Shown here: positions 46,900-59,607 of the stretch, in pieces
How positions within the stretch are numbered: the first letter of the stretch is position 1
Layout: each line of letters opens with the position of its first letter
Source of the DNA: Candidatus Geohabitans tengchongensis
Lineage (GTDB): Bacteria > Sysuimicrobiota > Sysuimicrobiia > Sysuimicrobiales > Humicultoraceae
DNA length: 64,000 nucleotides
Assembly: GCA_031459625.1 (NCBI GenBank)
Contig: JAVKIH010000002.1
Location: 266,338-330,337, forward strand
Reading direction: 5' to 3'
Program-made: the position numbers and the translations under genes
The notes under the pieces: generated by a model
Databases searched by the model: none
Told to the model about the DNA's origin: nothing
Seen by the model: the letters and a program-made list of their open reading frames with translations, nothing else

Positions 46900-48870
46900 T
46901 CATCGGCCCGCCTGGGGCGGGTGCACCAGGAAGAGCACCCCCAGCGGCGGCAGGGTGAGGCTCAGCGACTGCGGGTGGCCGTGCGCGGGGACCGGCTCGG
47001 TCTCCACGCCGCCCAGGTTGCCCACGTTGCTCCCCCCATAGAGGGCGGCGTCGCTGTTGAGGGCTTCCCGCCACCGCCCCGCCCGGGGCACCCCCACCCG
47101 GTAGCCGTGGCGCGGGACCGGGGTGAAGTTGCAGACCACGGCCGCCACCGTCTCCCCGCGGCGGTCGAAGCGCAGGAAGCTCAGCACGCTCTGGTCGGCG
47201 TCCGAGGCGTCGATCCAGCGGAACCCCTCGGGGTCGCCGTCGAGCTCGTGCAGGGCCGGCAGGGCCCGGTAGAGCGCGTTGAGGTCGGCCACCCAGCGGG
47301 CCACGCCGGCGTGGCGCGGCAACCCCAGGAGGTGCCAGTCCAGGCTCGTAGTGTGGTCCCACTCGCGCCGCTGGCCGAACTCCCCGCCCATGAAGAGCAG
47401 CTTCTTGCCGGGCTGCCCGTACATGTAGCCGAAGAGCAGCCGCAGGTTGGCGAACTGCTGCCACTCGTCGCCGGGCATGCGCTCCAGCAGCGAGCGCTTC
47501 CCGTGCACCACTTCGTCATGGGAGAGCGGCAGGACGAAGTTCTCGTTGAAGGCGTAGAGCATGCGGAAGGTGAGCTCGGTATGGTGGTACTTCCGGTGGA
47601 TGGGGTCCCGGGCCATGTACTGGAGGGTGTCGTGCATCCACCCCATGTCCCACTTCAACCCGAACCCCAGCCCGCCCAGGTAGGTGGGGCGCGAGACCAT
47701 CGGCCAGGCGGTCGACTCCTCGGCGGTGGTCTGGACGTCGGGGAAGGCCTGGTAGACCTCCTCGTTGAGCCGGCGCAGGAAGTCGATGGCCTCCAGGTTC
47801 TCCCGTCCCCCGAAGACGTTGGGCACCCACTCCCCCGGCCGCCGCGAGTAGTCCAGGTAGAGCATCGAGGCCACCGCGTCCACGCGCAGCCCGTCGGCGT
47901 GGTAGCGGTCGAGCCAGAAGAGCGCGCTGCTGATCAAGAAGCTGCGCACCTCGTTGCGGCCGTAGTTGAAGATGGCGGAGTGCCAGTCGGGGTGGAAGCC
48001 CTTCCGCGGGTCGGCGTGCTCGTACAGATGCGTGCCGTCGAAGTAGGCCAGCCCGTGGGCGTCGGTGGGGAAGTGGGAGGGCACCCAGTCGAGGATGACG
48101 CCGATCTCGTGGCGGTGGAGCGCGTCCACCAGGGCCATGAAGTCCTGCGGGGTGCCGTAGCGGCTCGTCGGGGCGAAGTACCCGGTGGTCTGGTAGCCCC
48201 AGGAGCCGTAGAACGGGTGCTCCATCACCGGCAGGACCTCGACGTGGGTGAAGCCCAGCCGCCGCACGTGCTCCGCCAGATGCGCCCCCAGCTCGCGGTA
48301 GGTGAGCCACCGCCCGCCTTCCTCGGGGACGCGGCGCCAGGAGCCCAGGTGGACCTCGTAGATGGCCACGGGGGCCCCGAGCGCGTTGCGCCGCCGGCGC
48401 TCCCCCATCCACGCCCCGTCCCCCCAGGGGTAGTCGAGGTCCCAGACGATGGAGGCGGTGCGTGGCGGGATCTCGTGGTAGGTGCCAAAAGGGTCGGCCT
48501 TGTCGACGCGGTAGCCGCGGTAGCGGGAGACGATGTGGTACTTGTAGCGCTGTCCGCGCCCCACCCCTGGCACGAACCCCTCCCAGATGCCGGAGCGCTC
48601 GCGCGGCCGCAGGGGGTGCCGGGCGGGGTCCCACCGGTTGAAGTCGCCGATCACGCTCACCTGCTCCGCGTTGGGCGCCCACACGGCGAAGTAGGTCCCC
48701 TCCTCGCCGTCGACGCGCATGCGGTGGGCCCCGAGCTTCTCGTAGAGGCGGAAGTGGCTCCCTTCGTTGAAGAGGAAGAGGTCGTCGGCGCTGAGCCGCG
48801 TCACGTCGTAGCGCACCGGTGCGGCGGCGGCCTCCGCCGCGCCGCGGCCCGGGGTGCTCTCCTGGCTCAC
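46900..48870 (-). CDS. glgB: 1,4-alpha-glucan branching enzyme (GH13_9)
   Basis: CBM48 N-domain (…[22 protein letters not shown]…), catalytic motifs (…[12 protein letters not shown]…, …[12 protein letters not shown]…, …[12 protein letters not shown]…). GTG start. Confidence 0.95.
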   Translation of the reverse strand: MSQESTPGRGAAEAAAAPVRYDVTRLSADDLFLFNEGSHFRLYEKLGAHRMRVDGEEGTYFAVWAPNAEQVSVIGDFNRWDPARHPLRPRERSGIWEGFVPGVGRGQRYKYHIVSRYRGYRVDKADPFGTYHEIPPRTASIVWDLDYPWGDGAWMGERRRRNALGAPVAIYEVHLGSWRRVPEEGGRWLTYRELGAHLAEHVRRLGFTHVEVLPVMEHPFYGSWGYQTTGYFAPTSRYGTPQDFMALVDALHRHEIGVILDWVPSHFPTDAHGLAYFDGTHLYEHADPRKGFHPDWHSAIFNYGRNEVRSFLISSALFWLDRYHADGLRVDAVASMLYLDYSRRPGEWVPNVFGGRENLEAIDFLRRLNEEVYQAFPDVQTTAEESTAWPMVSRPTYLGGLGFGLKWDMGWMHDTLQYMARDPIHRKYHHTELTFRMLYAFNENFVLPLSHDEVVHGKRSLLERMPGDEWQQFANLRLLFGYMYGQPGKKLLFMGGEFGQRREWDHTTSLDWHLLGLPRHAGVARWVADLNALYRALPALHELDGDPEGFRWIDASDADQSVLSFLRFDRRGETVAAVVCNFTPVPRHGYRVGVPRAGRWREALNSDAALYGGSNVGNLGGVETEPVPAHGHPQSLSLTLPPLGVLFLVHPPQAGR

Positions 48871-48886
48871 GCGCGGCGCCCTCCCT

Positions 48887-50458
48887 TCACGCGTCGCCCT
48901 CCTGGCTCACACGACGCTCCCCCCACACCCCGCCCTCCAGCATGTCGAGGATCCCGCGGGCCGGGATGCCGGCCCACCCGGGGCGGTGGTCGAGTTCGTA
49001 GCCCAGCTCGTAGATGGCCTTCTCCACCATCAACACCTCCAGCAGCGCCTCCCGGGCGCCTTTCGGCGGCAGGATCGGCGGGAGGTCCGCGGGCGCCCTC
49101 TCCGCCACCGTCAGGTATCCGTCGAGGAAGGCCCTGGCGCTCTCTGCGGCCCAGCTCCTCGCCCGAGCCGGCACCTCCTCGGGGAGCACGACCCCGCCCT
49201 CCGCTCCGCTCCCGGCGGGGCCTCCGCGCCCGGCCTCGCGCAGGGCGACCTCGGCGGCATAGTGGAAGGAGCGGACCATCCCCGCCACGTCCCGCAGCGG
49301 GAGGTCCTTGCGGCGCCGCTCCGCCAGCGGCCGCGCCGGCTCGCCCTCGAAGTCGATGAGGACGAAGTCGGCCGGCACCTCCGGGGTCACCAGGACCTGC
49401 CCGAGGTGGTAGTCGCCGTGGACGCGCGTGCGCACCCCGCCGGCCGGGAGCGGGCGGCGCAGCCGCTCCCGTACGGCGTCGGCGCGCGCCAGCAGCGCCC
49501 GCACCGGCACCTGCGCCGACGGCGGCAGCTCCCCCAGGTGCCGGCGGGCCTGGGCCAGGACCCGGTCGGCCAGGGCTGCGACGCGCCCGAGCAGCGCGCG
49601 GGCCTCGGCGTCGGTGAAAGGCTCCGGGCTGAAGGCCGGGTCGGTCCCGCCGGCCAGCGTGAGGTGCAGCTCCGCGGTCCGGCGCCCCAGCCGCGCCGCC
49701 TCGTCCGGCCAGGCCCGATCCGCCTCGCCCTGCAGCCCGGCCTGCGCCCGTCCCAGCGCATAGGTCCACCCGTCGCCCCGGTTGGGGACGTAGGCCTGCA
49801 CCACGGCCAGCGCCGCCGGCGGCTCACCGGCGGGGCGGTAGGCCAGCCACCCGATGAGGGCGGGGACGTGCCGGAAGCCCCGCGCGGTGAGGAAGCCCAC
49901 CACCTCCACGTCCGGATGCGGCCCGGGCTCCACCCGCCGGAGGAGCTTCAGGATGCAGCGGCGGCCGAAGCGCACGGAGGTGTTGCTCTGTTCGGTGCCG
50001 AGCAGGTACGGCTCCAGGTTGTCTCCGGCGCCCGGCGCACCCACCGTCCGGTGCCCGATCACCTCGCCTCCACCGCCCCGCAGGCGCCGCTCCTCGAGCA
50101 CGGAGGCCAGCAGCAGGCGGGCCACCGCGGGGTCCTCCATGGCGTCGGCCAGCACCCCGCGCCGTCCGCCCAGCGCGGCGGGGACGACCGCGCCCTGCGC
50201 CTCCTCGGACGCGGCAAAGCGCAGGGGAGCCGCGTACCGCTCCGAACGGCTGTCGGCATAGCCCACGCGGACGACCGCGAGCACTGCGGCCGGCCCCAGC
50301 GGGACGGCGTCCACCACCTCCACAGCGGCCACCGTTCGCCCCTTGCCACCGAACCACCGCTGCCGCTGCAGGAAGGGCAGCAGGGCCGCGGCCAGGGCGG
50401 GACGCCCGGCCGGGCCGAAGAGGTCCGCGAACGCCGGCGCGGTCAAAAGGCCGCTCAC
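48887..50458 (-). CDS. pep2: Maltokinase (Pep2/Mak; maltose 1-phosphate-forming kinase), unfused
   Basis: Signature [15 protein letters not shown] near the N-terminus. Kinase-fold motifs (…[12 protein letters not shown]…LIDFEGEP…). GTGA overlap with glgE. Confidence 0.85.
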   Translation of the reverse strand: MSGLLTAPAFADLFGPAGRPALAAALLPFLQRQRWFGGKGRTVAAVEVVDAVPLGPAAVLAVVRVGYADSRSERYAAPLRFAASEEAQGAVVPAALGGRRGVLADAMEDPAVARLLLASVLEERRLRGGGGEVIGHRTVGAPGAGDNLEPYLLGTEQSNTSVRFGRRCILKLLRRVEPGPHPDVEVVGFLTARGFRHVPALIGWLAYRPAGEPPAALAVVQAYVPNRGDGWTYALGRAQAGLQGEADRAWPDEAARLGRRTAELHLTLAGGTDPAFSPEPFTDAEARALLGRVAALADRVLAQARRHLGELPPSAQVPVRALLARADAVRERLRRPLPAGGVRTRVHGDYHLGQVLVTPEVPADFVLIDFEGEPARPLAERRRKDLPLRDVAGMVRSFHYAAEVALREAGRGGPAGSGAEGGVVLPEEVPARARSWAAESARAFLDGYLTVAERAPADLPPILPPKGAREALLEVLMVEKAIYELGYELDHRPGWAGIPARGILDMLEGGVWGERRVSQEGDA

Positions 50459-52458
50459 GGCCCCCCATCCCCCGTCCGTGCCGCCTCCGGCGGGATTACC
50501 CGGAAAATGTGCGCCGGCAGGACATGGGGGTTCAGCTCAACGTAGTTGCGCGGCCCCGACCAGCGGTAGCGGGCGTCGGTCAGCAGGTCGTGGACCTGGT
50601 AGGGCGCGTCGGCCGGCAGCCCCAGCGCCTCGAGCGGGAGGTGCACCCAGCCCCGCTGCACGTGGTGGGGGTCGAGGTTCACCACGACCAGGACGACGTT
50701 GCGGCGGTCCTCGGTGTGCTTGCTGTAGGCGATGAGCTGGTCGGTGTCGGGGATGGGGTGGAAGCGCAGGGAGCGGTCCGCCTGCAGCGCCGGGTTCTCC
50801 CGCCGGATGCGGTTCACCCGGGCGATGAGCGGGGCGAGCGACCCGGGATGGTCGATGGGCCAGTGGCGGATCTCGTACTTCTCCGAGTGGAGGTACTCCT
50901 CGCTCCCGGGGCGCAGGGGCGTGGCCTCCATGAGCTCGAAGGCCGGGCCGTAGATCCCGTAGCTGGCCCCCAGCGTGGCCGCCAGCACCAGCCGCGCAAT
51001 GAAGGCCGGCCGGCCGCCGGTCTGCAGCTGCTCGGTGAGGATGTCCGGGGTGTTGGGCCACAGGTGCGGCCGGAAGTACTCCACCACGGGCGGGCGGGTG
51101 AGCTCGGTGAAGTACGCCTCCAGCTCCGCCTTCGTGGTGCGCCAGGCGAAGTAGGTGTAGGACTGGGTGAAGCCGAGCTTGGCCAGGTAGTGCATCACCC
51201 GGGGGCGGGTGAAGGCCTCGGAGAGGAAGATCACGTCGGGGTGGTCGGCCTTCACCGTCCCGATGAGCCACTCCCAGAAGGCGAAGGGTTTCGTGTGGGG
51301 GTTGTCCACCCGGAAGATCCGCACGCCCTGCGCGATCCAGAAGAGGACGATGCTGCGCAGCTCCTCCCACAGCGCCCGCCAGGCCTCGGTCTGGAAGTCG
51401 AAGGGGTAGATGTCCTCGTACTGTTTGGGCGGATTCTCCGCGTACTGGATCGTCCCGTCGGGGCGGCGGCGGAACCACTCCGGGTGCTCCCGCACGTACG
51501 GGTGGTCGGGGGAGGTCTGGAAAGCCAGGTCGAGGGCCACCTCCAGACCGTGGGCGCGGGCGGCGGCCACCAGGCGCCGGAAGTCCTCCAGGGTGCCCAG
51601 CTGGGGGTGGACCGCCTTGTGCCCGCCCTCCTCGCTGCCGATGGCCCAGGGGCTCCCGGGGTCGTCGGGACCGGCGCCCGGGACGTTGTTGGGCCCTTTG
51701 CGGTGGGTCCGGCCGATGGGGTGGATGGGGGGGAGGTAGAGGACGTCGAACCCCATGCCGGCGATGTAGGGCAGGCGCGCCTCCACGTCGCGGAAGGTGC
51801 CGTGGCGCCCCGGCTCCGGGGAGGCCGACCGCGGGAAGAGCTCGTACCAGGTCGAGAAGCGCGCCCGCTCCCGATCCACTACCACCTCCAGCACGCGGGG
51901 GTAGCGGGTGGCGAAGCGGCGGTCGGCGTACCGGTCCATCAGGGCGGCGAGGGGCTCGCCGAGGGCCTGCTGCGTGGCCTCCGGCCCGCCCCGCCGCAGC
52001 GCCTCAGCGTAGGCCAGCAGGACGGCGCGGTCGCCCCGGGCGGCCCGCCCGGCGGCGTCCTGGACCAGTGCGGCCCCGACGGGCAGCTCGGCCGCGACGT
52101 CCTGCCCCGCCTCCAGGCGCCGGCGCAGGTCCCGCGCCCAGGTGCGGAAGGGGTCGACCCACCCCTCCAGGGTGTACTGGTAGCGTCCCAGGTGGTCGAC
52201 GGTGAAGGCGGCCCGCCAGCGGTCGTTCCCGAGCGCCGTCATCGGCGTCTCGGTCCACTCCGCCTCCTCCGCCCGGCGGTGGAGGAGCACGGCCGCCACC
52301 AGGTCGTGGCCGTCGGCGAAGACGTCGGCCTCCACGACGACGGCCTCCCCCACCGTCCGCTTGATGGGGAACCGGCCGGCGTCGACCTCGGGGCTGACCC
52401 CCTCGATGACGACGCGGCGGCGGCCTACCCCGTCATCCAGTCCGGTGAACGCTCCCAT
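50455..52458 (-). CDS. glgE: Alpha-1,4-glucan:maltose-1-phosphate maltosyltransferase
   Basis: …[23 protein letters not shown]…, …WYELFPRS…, …[22 protein letters not shown]…, …[22 protein letters not shown]… are diagnostic for GlgE. The ORF track begins one codon earlier at a GTG (52461). Confidence 0.9.
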   Translation of the reverse strand: MGAFTGLDDGVGRRRVVIEGVSPEVDAGRFPIKRTVGEAVVVEADVFADGHDLVAAVLLHRRAEEAEWTETPMTALGNDRWRAAFTVDHLGRYQYTLEGWVDPFRTWARDLRRRLEAGQDVAAELPVGAALVQDAAGRAARGDRAVLLAYAEALRRGGPEATQQALGEPLAALMDRYADRRFATRYPRVLEVVVDRERARFSTWYELFPRSASPEPGRHGTFRDVEARLPYIAGMGFDVLYLPPIHPIGRTHRKGPNNVPGAGPDDPGSPWAIGSEEGGHKAVHPQLGTLEDFRRLVAAARAHGLEVALDLAFQTSPDHPYVREHPEWFRRRPDGTIQYAENPPKQYEDIYPFDFQTEAWRALWEELRSIVLFWIAQGVRIFRVDNPHTKPFAFWEWLIGTVKADHPDVIFLSEAFTRPRVMHYLAKLGFTQSYTYFAWRTTKAELEAYFTELTRPPVVEYFRPHLWPNTPDILTEQLQTGGRPAFIARLVLAATLGASYGIYGPAFELMEATPLRPGSEEYLHSEKYEIRHWPIDHPGSLAPLIARVNRIRRENPALQADRSLRFHPIPDTDQLIAYSKHTEDRRNVVLVVVNLDPHHVQRGWVHLPLEALGLPADAPYQVHDLLTDARYRWSGPRNYVELNPHVLPAHIFRVIPPEAARTGDGGP

Positions 52459-52669
52459 CACCCTCGCTTCCCTCTATGCCCACCCTCGCCGGTCCCCTGC
52501 GGCCCCCGCGGCAGGACCGGAACGCGGTCCAGGCGAACGGGCCTGAGCCCGACGCGACGGGGGAAGAGACCCGGGGGAACCGACGGCGGCGCGGCGGTCG
52601 TCTACTATTATCGTCGGTCCCCGCATCCGGGGCCTCGTCGGCGCGGCCGGCGCCCGAGCAGGGACGGGA

Positions 52670-54337
<1,668 letters not shown>

Positions 54338-54364
54338 GCAGGCAGGGGAGCGACCGGCCGGGCG

Positions 54365-55375
54365 CTACCGGAAGCGCCCGATCACCTGACCGGTCAGGCG
54401 CAGGGCGCGCTCCTTCTCCACCCCGAGGGGCGGCCCGATGTTGATCTGGGTGGCCCCGCGCTCGGCCAGCCACTGCACGCGCTCCGCGAGCTGGGCGGGA
54501 TCCCCCACGATCGCCAGGCGAAACATCCGCGGCTGGACCAGCGCGGCGGCGCGCGCGGCGTCCTGAGCCCGCCAGGCCGCTCGGATCTCGTCGAAGTCCG
54601 CGGGCACGAGCCCGATCGGTGCCAGCACCTCGGCGCGCAGGGAGGGGCCGTAGTAGGCGATCAGGGGTCTCAAGGCGCGCTCCGCCTCCTCCGGCGCCTC
54701 GCCCGCCGACCACCAGACGCACGCGGCCAGGTCGAACCCGTCGAGGGAGCGGCCCGCCCGCGCGGCCCCCGCCCGCACCCGCTCCACGACACCGTCGATC
54801 GCCTCGGGCGGGAAGACGATGGGCAGACCGCCGTCCCCCGCTTCCCCCATGTACTCGAGCACGCCAGGTCCCTGGCCCCCGATGTAGATGGGGATCGGGA
54901 CGGCGGGGAGGGGGAAGCGCAGCCGCGCGTCGCGCGTCCACCCGGAGAAGACGGTCCCCTCCCCGAGGGCCTCCTCGCCCCGCAGCAGGCGCCGGATCAG
55001 CTCCACGGCCTCGCGCAGGCCGGTGAGGGGACGCCGCTGCCGCAGGCCGATCCAGGCCAACGCGGGTGGGTCGCCCGGCCCGATCCCCAGCACGAAGCGC
55101 CCCTGGCTGAACTCCTGCAGGGTGGCCGCGCGCATGACCAGCTCCGCGGGGCTGGCCGAGAAGGGGTTGACGATGCAGGTGCCGATCCGGATGCGCCGGG
55201 TCGCCGCCGCGACCGCGGTGAGGGTGACCCACGCGTCCCGCTGCAGCAGGTCCTGGCAATACCAGAGGTCGTCGAAGCCCAGCGCCTCGGCGAGCTGCGC
55301 CCAGCGGACGACCTCGCGGACGGGGCCGGCGGCGCTGTTGAAGCGCAGGCCGAAGCGGAGGGGACGGGGCGGCAT
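54365..55375 (-). CDS. LLM-class (luciferase-like) flavin/F420-dependent oxidoreductase
   Basis: …LRFGLRFNSAAGPVREVVRWAQLAEALGFDDLWYCQDLL…; TIM-barrel LLM family. The start was chosen at the internal ATG (MPPRPLRFGL…). The ORF track extends 15 codons further. Confidence 0.75.
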   Translation of the reverse strand: MPPRPLRFGLRFNSAAGPVREVVRWAQLAEALGFDDLWYCQDLLQRDAWVTLTAVAAATRRIRIGTCIVNPFSASPAELVMRAATLQEFSQGRFVLGIGPGDPPALAWIGLRQRRPLTGLREAVELIRRLLRGEEALGEGTVFSGWTRDARLRFPLPAVPIPIYIGGQGPGVLEYMGEAGDGGLPIVFPPEAIDGVVERVRAGAARAGRSLDGFDLAACVWWSAGEAPEEAERALRPLIAYYGPSLRAEVLAPIGLVPADFDEIRAAWRAQDAARAAALVQPRMFRLAIVGDPAQLAERVQWLAERGATQINIGPPLGVEKERALRLTGQVIGRFR

Positions 55376-55458
55376 GCCGGACACCAGCATACCGTGCCGC
55401 CCGGCCCTGCGGGTGCACACAGGAAAGCCTCGCCGGGCTCCAGAATCTCCTGGACACC

Positions 55459-56166
55459 GTGGAGACCCCGAGGCGTCCGCATCGCGTCCAGAAGGCCGTC
55501 TGCCGCCGGGCGGTGGCGGCCGCCCTCGGCGAGGAGGCAGCCGCGGCCATCCTCCGGGAGACGGGCATTGCCGCGCTGCCCGAGGACCTGCCGGCCGGGC
55601 CGCGGGATCTGGCAGCCCTGCGCCGGGAACTCCAGCCCTTCGTCGACCTGTACCGCGCCGTCCTTGCCCGGAGCGACCGGGAGACGGCGCTGCGGGTGGC
55701 GCGGGACGCCATCGTGGGGTCGGGGCTGCGCAGCCACGCGGAGGCCGCCGCCGCCCAGCGCCGGGCGATGGCCTCGACCCCGGCGGGGGCCGACTGGTGG
55801 ACCGATGCGGCTCCCGGGCCGCCGCTCAACCTGACCAGCCCACCGCCCCCGGGATTCCGCGCTCCGCAGGACGTGCTGGCCCGTCAGTTCGACCGGGCCA
55901 TGGAGCACTTCTCGTGCCGCGGGGAACTGCTGACCTACACCCCGGAGGTGGTACGGTTTCGCATCACCGCCTGTAACTGGGTGCGGGCGATGCAGGAGGC
56001 CGGGACCCCGGAGCTGATCCCGTTCTTCTGTGAGACGGACGAGCGCTTCATGGACGACCACCCCACGCACCGGCTGGAACGACCCACGGCGATCGGGCTG
56101 GGGGACGACCACTGCGACTTCCGGTTCGTGCCCCGGAAGGGGCGGAGCGCGGACGGGGAGGGATGA
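55459..56166 (+). CDS. Hypothetical protein, L-2-amino-thiazoline-4-carboxylic-acid (ATC) hydrolase-like Cys-rich C-terminus
   Basis: C-terminal …FRITACNWVRAMQEAGTPELIPFFCETDERFMDDHPTHRLERPTAIGLGDDHCDFRF…. Assignment is tentative. Confidence 0.5.
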   Translation: METPRRPHRVQKAVCRRAVAAALGEEAAAAILRETGIAALPEDLPAGPRDLAALRRELQPFVDLYRAVLARSDRETALRVARDAIVGSGLRSHAEAAAAQRRAMASTPAGADWWTDAAPGPPLNLTSPPPPGFRAPQDVLARQFDRAMEHFSCRGELLTYTPEVVRFRITACNWVRAMQEAGTPELIPFFCETDERFMDDHPTHRLERPTAIGLGDDHCDFRFVPRKGRSADGEG

Positions 56167-56172
56167 GGACGC

Positions 56173-57783
56173 ATGGACGATGACCGCAGAGAGCTCGAGC
56201 GCGCGGGAGACGCGGTCTCTCGCTACTCGCGGCGCGCCTTCCTCCAGGCGGCGGCCCGGACCGCGGGGGCGGGGGCGGGAGCCGCGCTCCTGGGGCCGAC
56301 CCTCCTGGGGCGGGCGGCCGCGCTGGCCGCGCCGGCCCGCCGGCCGGCACCGGTGGGCAACCTCCTGCTGGTACAGGGCGTGGACGCCGAGTCACTGGAC
56401 CCGCACGTGACGACCTCGGGCGCCAGCAAGGGCATGATGTGGGCGATGTACGACAAGCTCCTGGAGCGCTCACCGGAGATGCGGATCATCCCCTGGCTGG
56501 CGACGTCCTACCGCGTGCTCAACGAGACGACGTGGGAGTTCCGGCTGCGCGACAACGTCTTCTTCCACAACGGGGAGAAGTTCAGCGCCGAGCACGTGCG
56601 GGACACCATCGCCCGGTTCAAGCACCCCGGCATCCGCAACGTCTATGCCGGGCAGCTCGCTCCGGTGAAGGACGTCGAGGTGATCAACCCCCTGACCGTG
56701 CGCATCCACACCGACGGCCCGTTTGCCCTGTTGGCCGAAGTCCTGTCGCTCTACTGCGAGATCCTGCCGCGCGCCATCACGTCGGGCCAGGTGGACCCCA
56801 CCCGGCAGGCCATCGGCACCGGACCGTACCGGTTCACGGAGTGGATCCCCAACCAGCGCATGGTGATGGACTTCGCCGAGCGACCCCACTTCAGCGGGCA
56901 GCCAAAGGTACGCCGCCTGGTGTGGCGGCCGGTGCCCGAGGCCGCCACCCGCGTGGTGGAGCTGAAGACCGGCGCCGCCCACCTGATCACCCCGGTCGAC
57001 CCGCTGCAGGTCCCCGAGCTGCAGGCCACCCGGAACGTCGAGCTCGTGACCTTCCGCCAGCTCTCTTCGCAGATCGTCGTCTTGAACATGCTGAAGGTGC
57101 GCGCCTTCCAGGACGTCCGCGTGCGGCAAGCCATGAACTACGCCACCGACGTGGACACGCTCATCCGCACCGTCATGCGCGGGGCCGCCTACCGCCTGGC
57201 CAGCGCCTTCGGGCCGGGCATCCCCGGCTACGACGAGAGCCTCCAGCCCTACCCCTACGACCCGGAGCGCGCGCGGCGCCTGCTGGCGGAGGCGGGCTAC
57301 CCCAATGGCTTCGAGGTGACCCTCACCACGCCGGAGGGGCGCTACCTGAACGACCGGCTGGCCAGCGAGGCGATCGCCGGGATGTGGACCCGCGTCGGGG
57401 TGCGCACCCGGGTGCAGGTGATGGACTGGAGCCCCTTCGTCCAGGGGGTGCTGGGCAAGACCCACGACGCCTTCTTCTTCCAGCAGGTGGGGGTGCTGCT
57501 CGACGCCACGACCAGCATCAATTTCGACTCGCAGCGGAAGGGGGCGGCCTGGCAGGGCTACCACAATGACGAGGCCAACCGTCTGATCCAGGAGGCCCCC
57601 CGGACGCTGGACCCCGGCCGGCGCAACGAGATGTACCGGCGGCTGAACCAGATCCTCCACCGCGAGTGCCCCTGGGTCTTCCTCTGGAACCAGCAGGGCA
57701 TCTACGCCATCCAGAAGCGCGTCAAGGGCTGGGTGGCGCATCCTGACGGCATCATCCGCCTGGGAGGGATCAGCCTGGCGTAG
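56173..57783 (+). CDS. ABC transporter substrate-binding protein, family 5 (peptide/nickel type), Tat signal
   Basis: Twin-arginine leader ([23 protein letters not shown]) then an SBP_bac_5-type sequence. Confidence 0.9.
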   Translation: MDDDRRELERAGDAVSRYSRRAFLQAAARTAGAGAGAALLGPTLLGRAAALAAPARRPAPVGNLLLVQGVDAESLDPHVTTSGASKGMMWAMYDKLLERSPEMRIIPWLATSYRVLNETTWEFRLRDNVFFHNGEKFSAEHVRDTIARFKHPGIRNVYAGQLAPVKDVEVINPLTVRIHTDGPFALLAEVLSLYCEILPRAITSGQVDPTRQAIGTGPYRFTEWIPNQRMVMDFAERPHFSGQPKVRRLVWRPVPEAATRVVELKTGAAHLITPVDPLQVPELQATRNVELVTFRQLSSQIVVLNMLKVRAFQDVRVRQAMNYATDVDTLIRTVMRGAAYRLASAFGPGIPGYDESLQPYPYDPERARRLLAEAGYPNGFEVTLTTPEGRYLNDRLASEAIAGMWTRVGVRTRVQVMDWSPFVQGVLGKTHDAFFFQQVGVLLDATTSINFDSQRKGAAWQGYHNDEANRLIQEAPRTLDPGRRNEMYRRLNQILHRECPWVFLWNQQGIYAIQKRVKGWVAHPDGIIRLGGISLA

Positions 57784-57801
57784 CGCCCCGGGCGGTCGAC
57801 C

Positions 57802-58728
57802 GTGGTCCGGTTCCTCGCCCAGCGCCTCTGGCACCTGGCCTGGGTCCTGCTCGCGGTCAGCGTGCTGGTCTTCCTGCTGATCCACCTGAGCGGCGACCCC
57901 GTCCGCCTGCTCACCCCGCTCGACGCCACGCCGGAGGACGTGGCCCGGGTGCGCCGGCTCTACGGGCTCGACCGGCCGATCCCGCTCCAGTACTGGGACT
58001 TCGTACGTCGGGCCCTCCGGGGGGACCTGGGGGAGTCGTTCCGCTACCAGCGCCCGGCGCTCGAGCTCGTCCTCCAGCGCCTCCCCGCGACGGCGCTGCT
58101 GGCGGTCACCACCCTGGCCGTCACCATCGCAGTGGGCATCCCGCTGGGGCTGTGGATCGGTGCCCGGGCGGGCTCGGCTGCGGACTGGGGCGTCTCCCTG
58201 GCCACCTTCCTGGGCATCAGCCTTCCCTCGTTCTGGCTGGGGGTGCTGCTCATCCTCCTGTTCGCCGACCGCCTGCGCGTCCTCCCGGCTTCGGGCTTCG
58301 ACTCCTGGCGGCACCTGGTGCTGCCGGCGGCGACCCTCTCCGTGTACACCACCGGGCTGATCACCCGCCTGGTCCGGGCGGACGTGCGCGCGGTCCTCCG
58401 CCAGGACTACATCCGCACGGCACGGGCGAAGGGGCTGGCCGAGCCCGTCGTCCTGCGCCGCCACGCCCTGCGCAACGCCCTGCTCTCGACGGTGACGGTG
58501 CTCGGGCTGCAGCTGGGCAACCTGCTCGGCGGCTCGGTGGTCGTCGAGGCGGTCTTCGCCTGGCCGGGCGTGGGATGGCTGATGCTGCAGGGCATCCAGA
58601 CACGCGACCTGCCGCTCGTCCGCGCGGTGGTGCTCGTCGTGGGGACGGCCTTTGTGCTGATCAACCTGATCGTGGACCTGCTGTACCTCTTCATCGACCC
58701 GCGCATCCGATACGACCATGGCCGCTGA
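57802..58728 (+). CDS. Peptide/nickel ABC transporter permease (DppB-like)
   Basis: MVRFLAQRLWHLAWVLLAVSVLVFLLIHLSGDP… and the EAA loop (YIRTARAKGLAEPVVLRRHALRNAL). Confidence 0.9.
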   Translation: MVRFLAQRLWHLAWVLLAVSVLVFLLIHLSGDPVRLLTPLDATPEDVARVRRLYGLDRPIPLQYWDFVRRALRGDLGESFRYQRPALELVLQRLPATALLAVTTLAVTIAVGIPLGLWIGARAGSAADWGVSLATFLGISLPSFWLGVLLILLFADRLRVLPASGFDSWRHLVLPAATLSVYTTGLITRLVRADVRAVLRQDYIRTARAKGLAEPVVLRRHALRNALLSTVTVLGLQLGNLLGGSVVVEAVFAWPGVGWLMLQGIQTRDLPLVRAVVLVVGTAFVLINLIVDLLYLFIDPRIRYDHGR

Positions 58729-59593
58729 CGTCCGCCTGGCCCGCCCCACTGCCCTCCCCGCGGGCCGCCAGGCGCCCCGGGCGCGGGGGCGCCGCCGCCC
58801 GCCGCAGTTCTACGCCGGCGCGGTCATCGTGGGGGCGGTGGTGCTCGTGGCCGTCCTCGCGCCCTGGATCAGCCCGCACGGCCCCGCCGACCAGGACCTG
58901 CTCAAGGCGCTGCAGCCCCCGGTGTGGCGCAGCGGGGACTGGTCCCACCCGCTGGGGACCGACCGCCTGGGCCGTGACCTGCTCTCGCGGCTGATGGTGG
59001 GCGCGCGGGTCTCCACCGCGGTGGCGGTGCTCTCCGTCCTCCTGGGCGGAGGGCTGGGGACGATGCTGGGGCTGGCCGCCGGGTACTTCGGGCGTGGCGT
59101 GGATCGGGCCGTCAGCCGTCTGATCGACATCCAGCTCTCCTTCCCGCCGGTGTTCCTGGCCATCGCCATCATGGCCGCCCTGGGGCAGAGCCTGGCCAAG
59201 CTGATCGGCGTGCTGGCCTTCGTGAGCTGGGTGCAGTACGCACGGATCGCCCGCGCCAATACGCTGTCGGTCAGGGAGCGGGAGTTCGTGCTGGCGGCGC
59301 GCGCGGTGGGGGCCTCCGAAGTCCGGGTGCTGCTGCGGCACGTCCTCCCGTCCATCCTGCCCCCGCTGCTGGTGGTGGGCGCGGTGAATATGTCGAGCGT
59401 CATCCTGGCGGAAGCGGCGCTCAGCTACCTGGGCCTGGGGGTGCAGCCGCCCACCCCCGCCTGGGGCAGCATGGTGAGCGAGGGGCGGGCCGCCCAGGGC
59501 ATTGCCTGGTGGACGACGGTCTTCCCGGGGCTGGCCATCGCGGTCCTGGTGATCGGCGCCAACCTGCTCGGCGACGGGCTCCAGCAGGAGTGA
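58718..59593 (+). CDS. Peptide/nickel ABC transporter permease (DppC-like)
   Basis: …LAIAIMAALGQSLAKLIGVLAFVSWVQYARIARANTLSVREREFVLAARAVGAS…. Confidence 0.9.
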   Translation: MAADVRLARPTALPAGRQAPRARGRRRPPQFYAGAVIVGAVVLVAVLAPWISPHGPADQDLLKALQPPVWRSGDWSHPLGTDRLGRDLLSRLMVGARVSTAVAVLSVLLGGGLGTMLGLAAGYFGRGVDRAVSRLIDIQLSFPPVFLAIAIMAALGQSLAKLIGVLAFVSWVQYARIARANTLSVREREFVLAARAVGASEVRVLLRHVLPSILPPLLVVGAVNMSSVILAEAALSYLGLGVQPPTPAWGSMVSEGRAAQGIAWWTTVFPGLAIAVLVIGANLLGDGLQQE

Positions 59594-59607
59594 GGACGGG
59601 AGGGGCC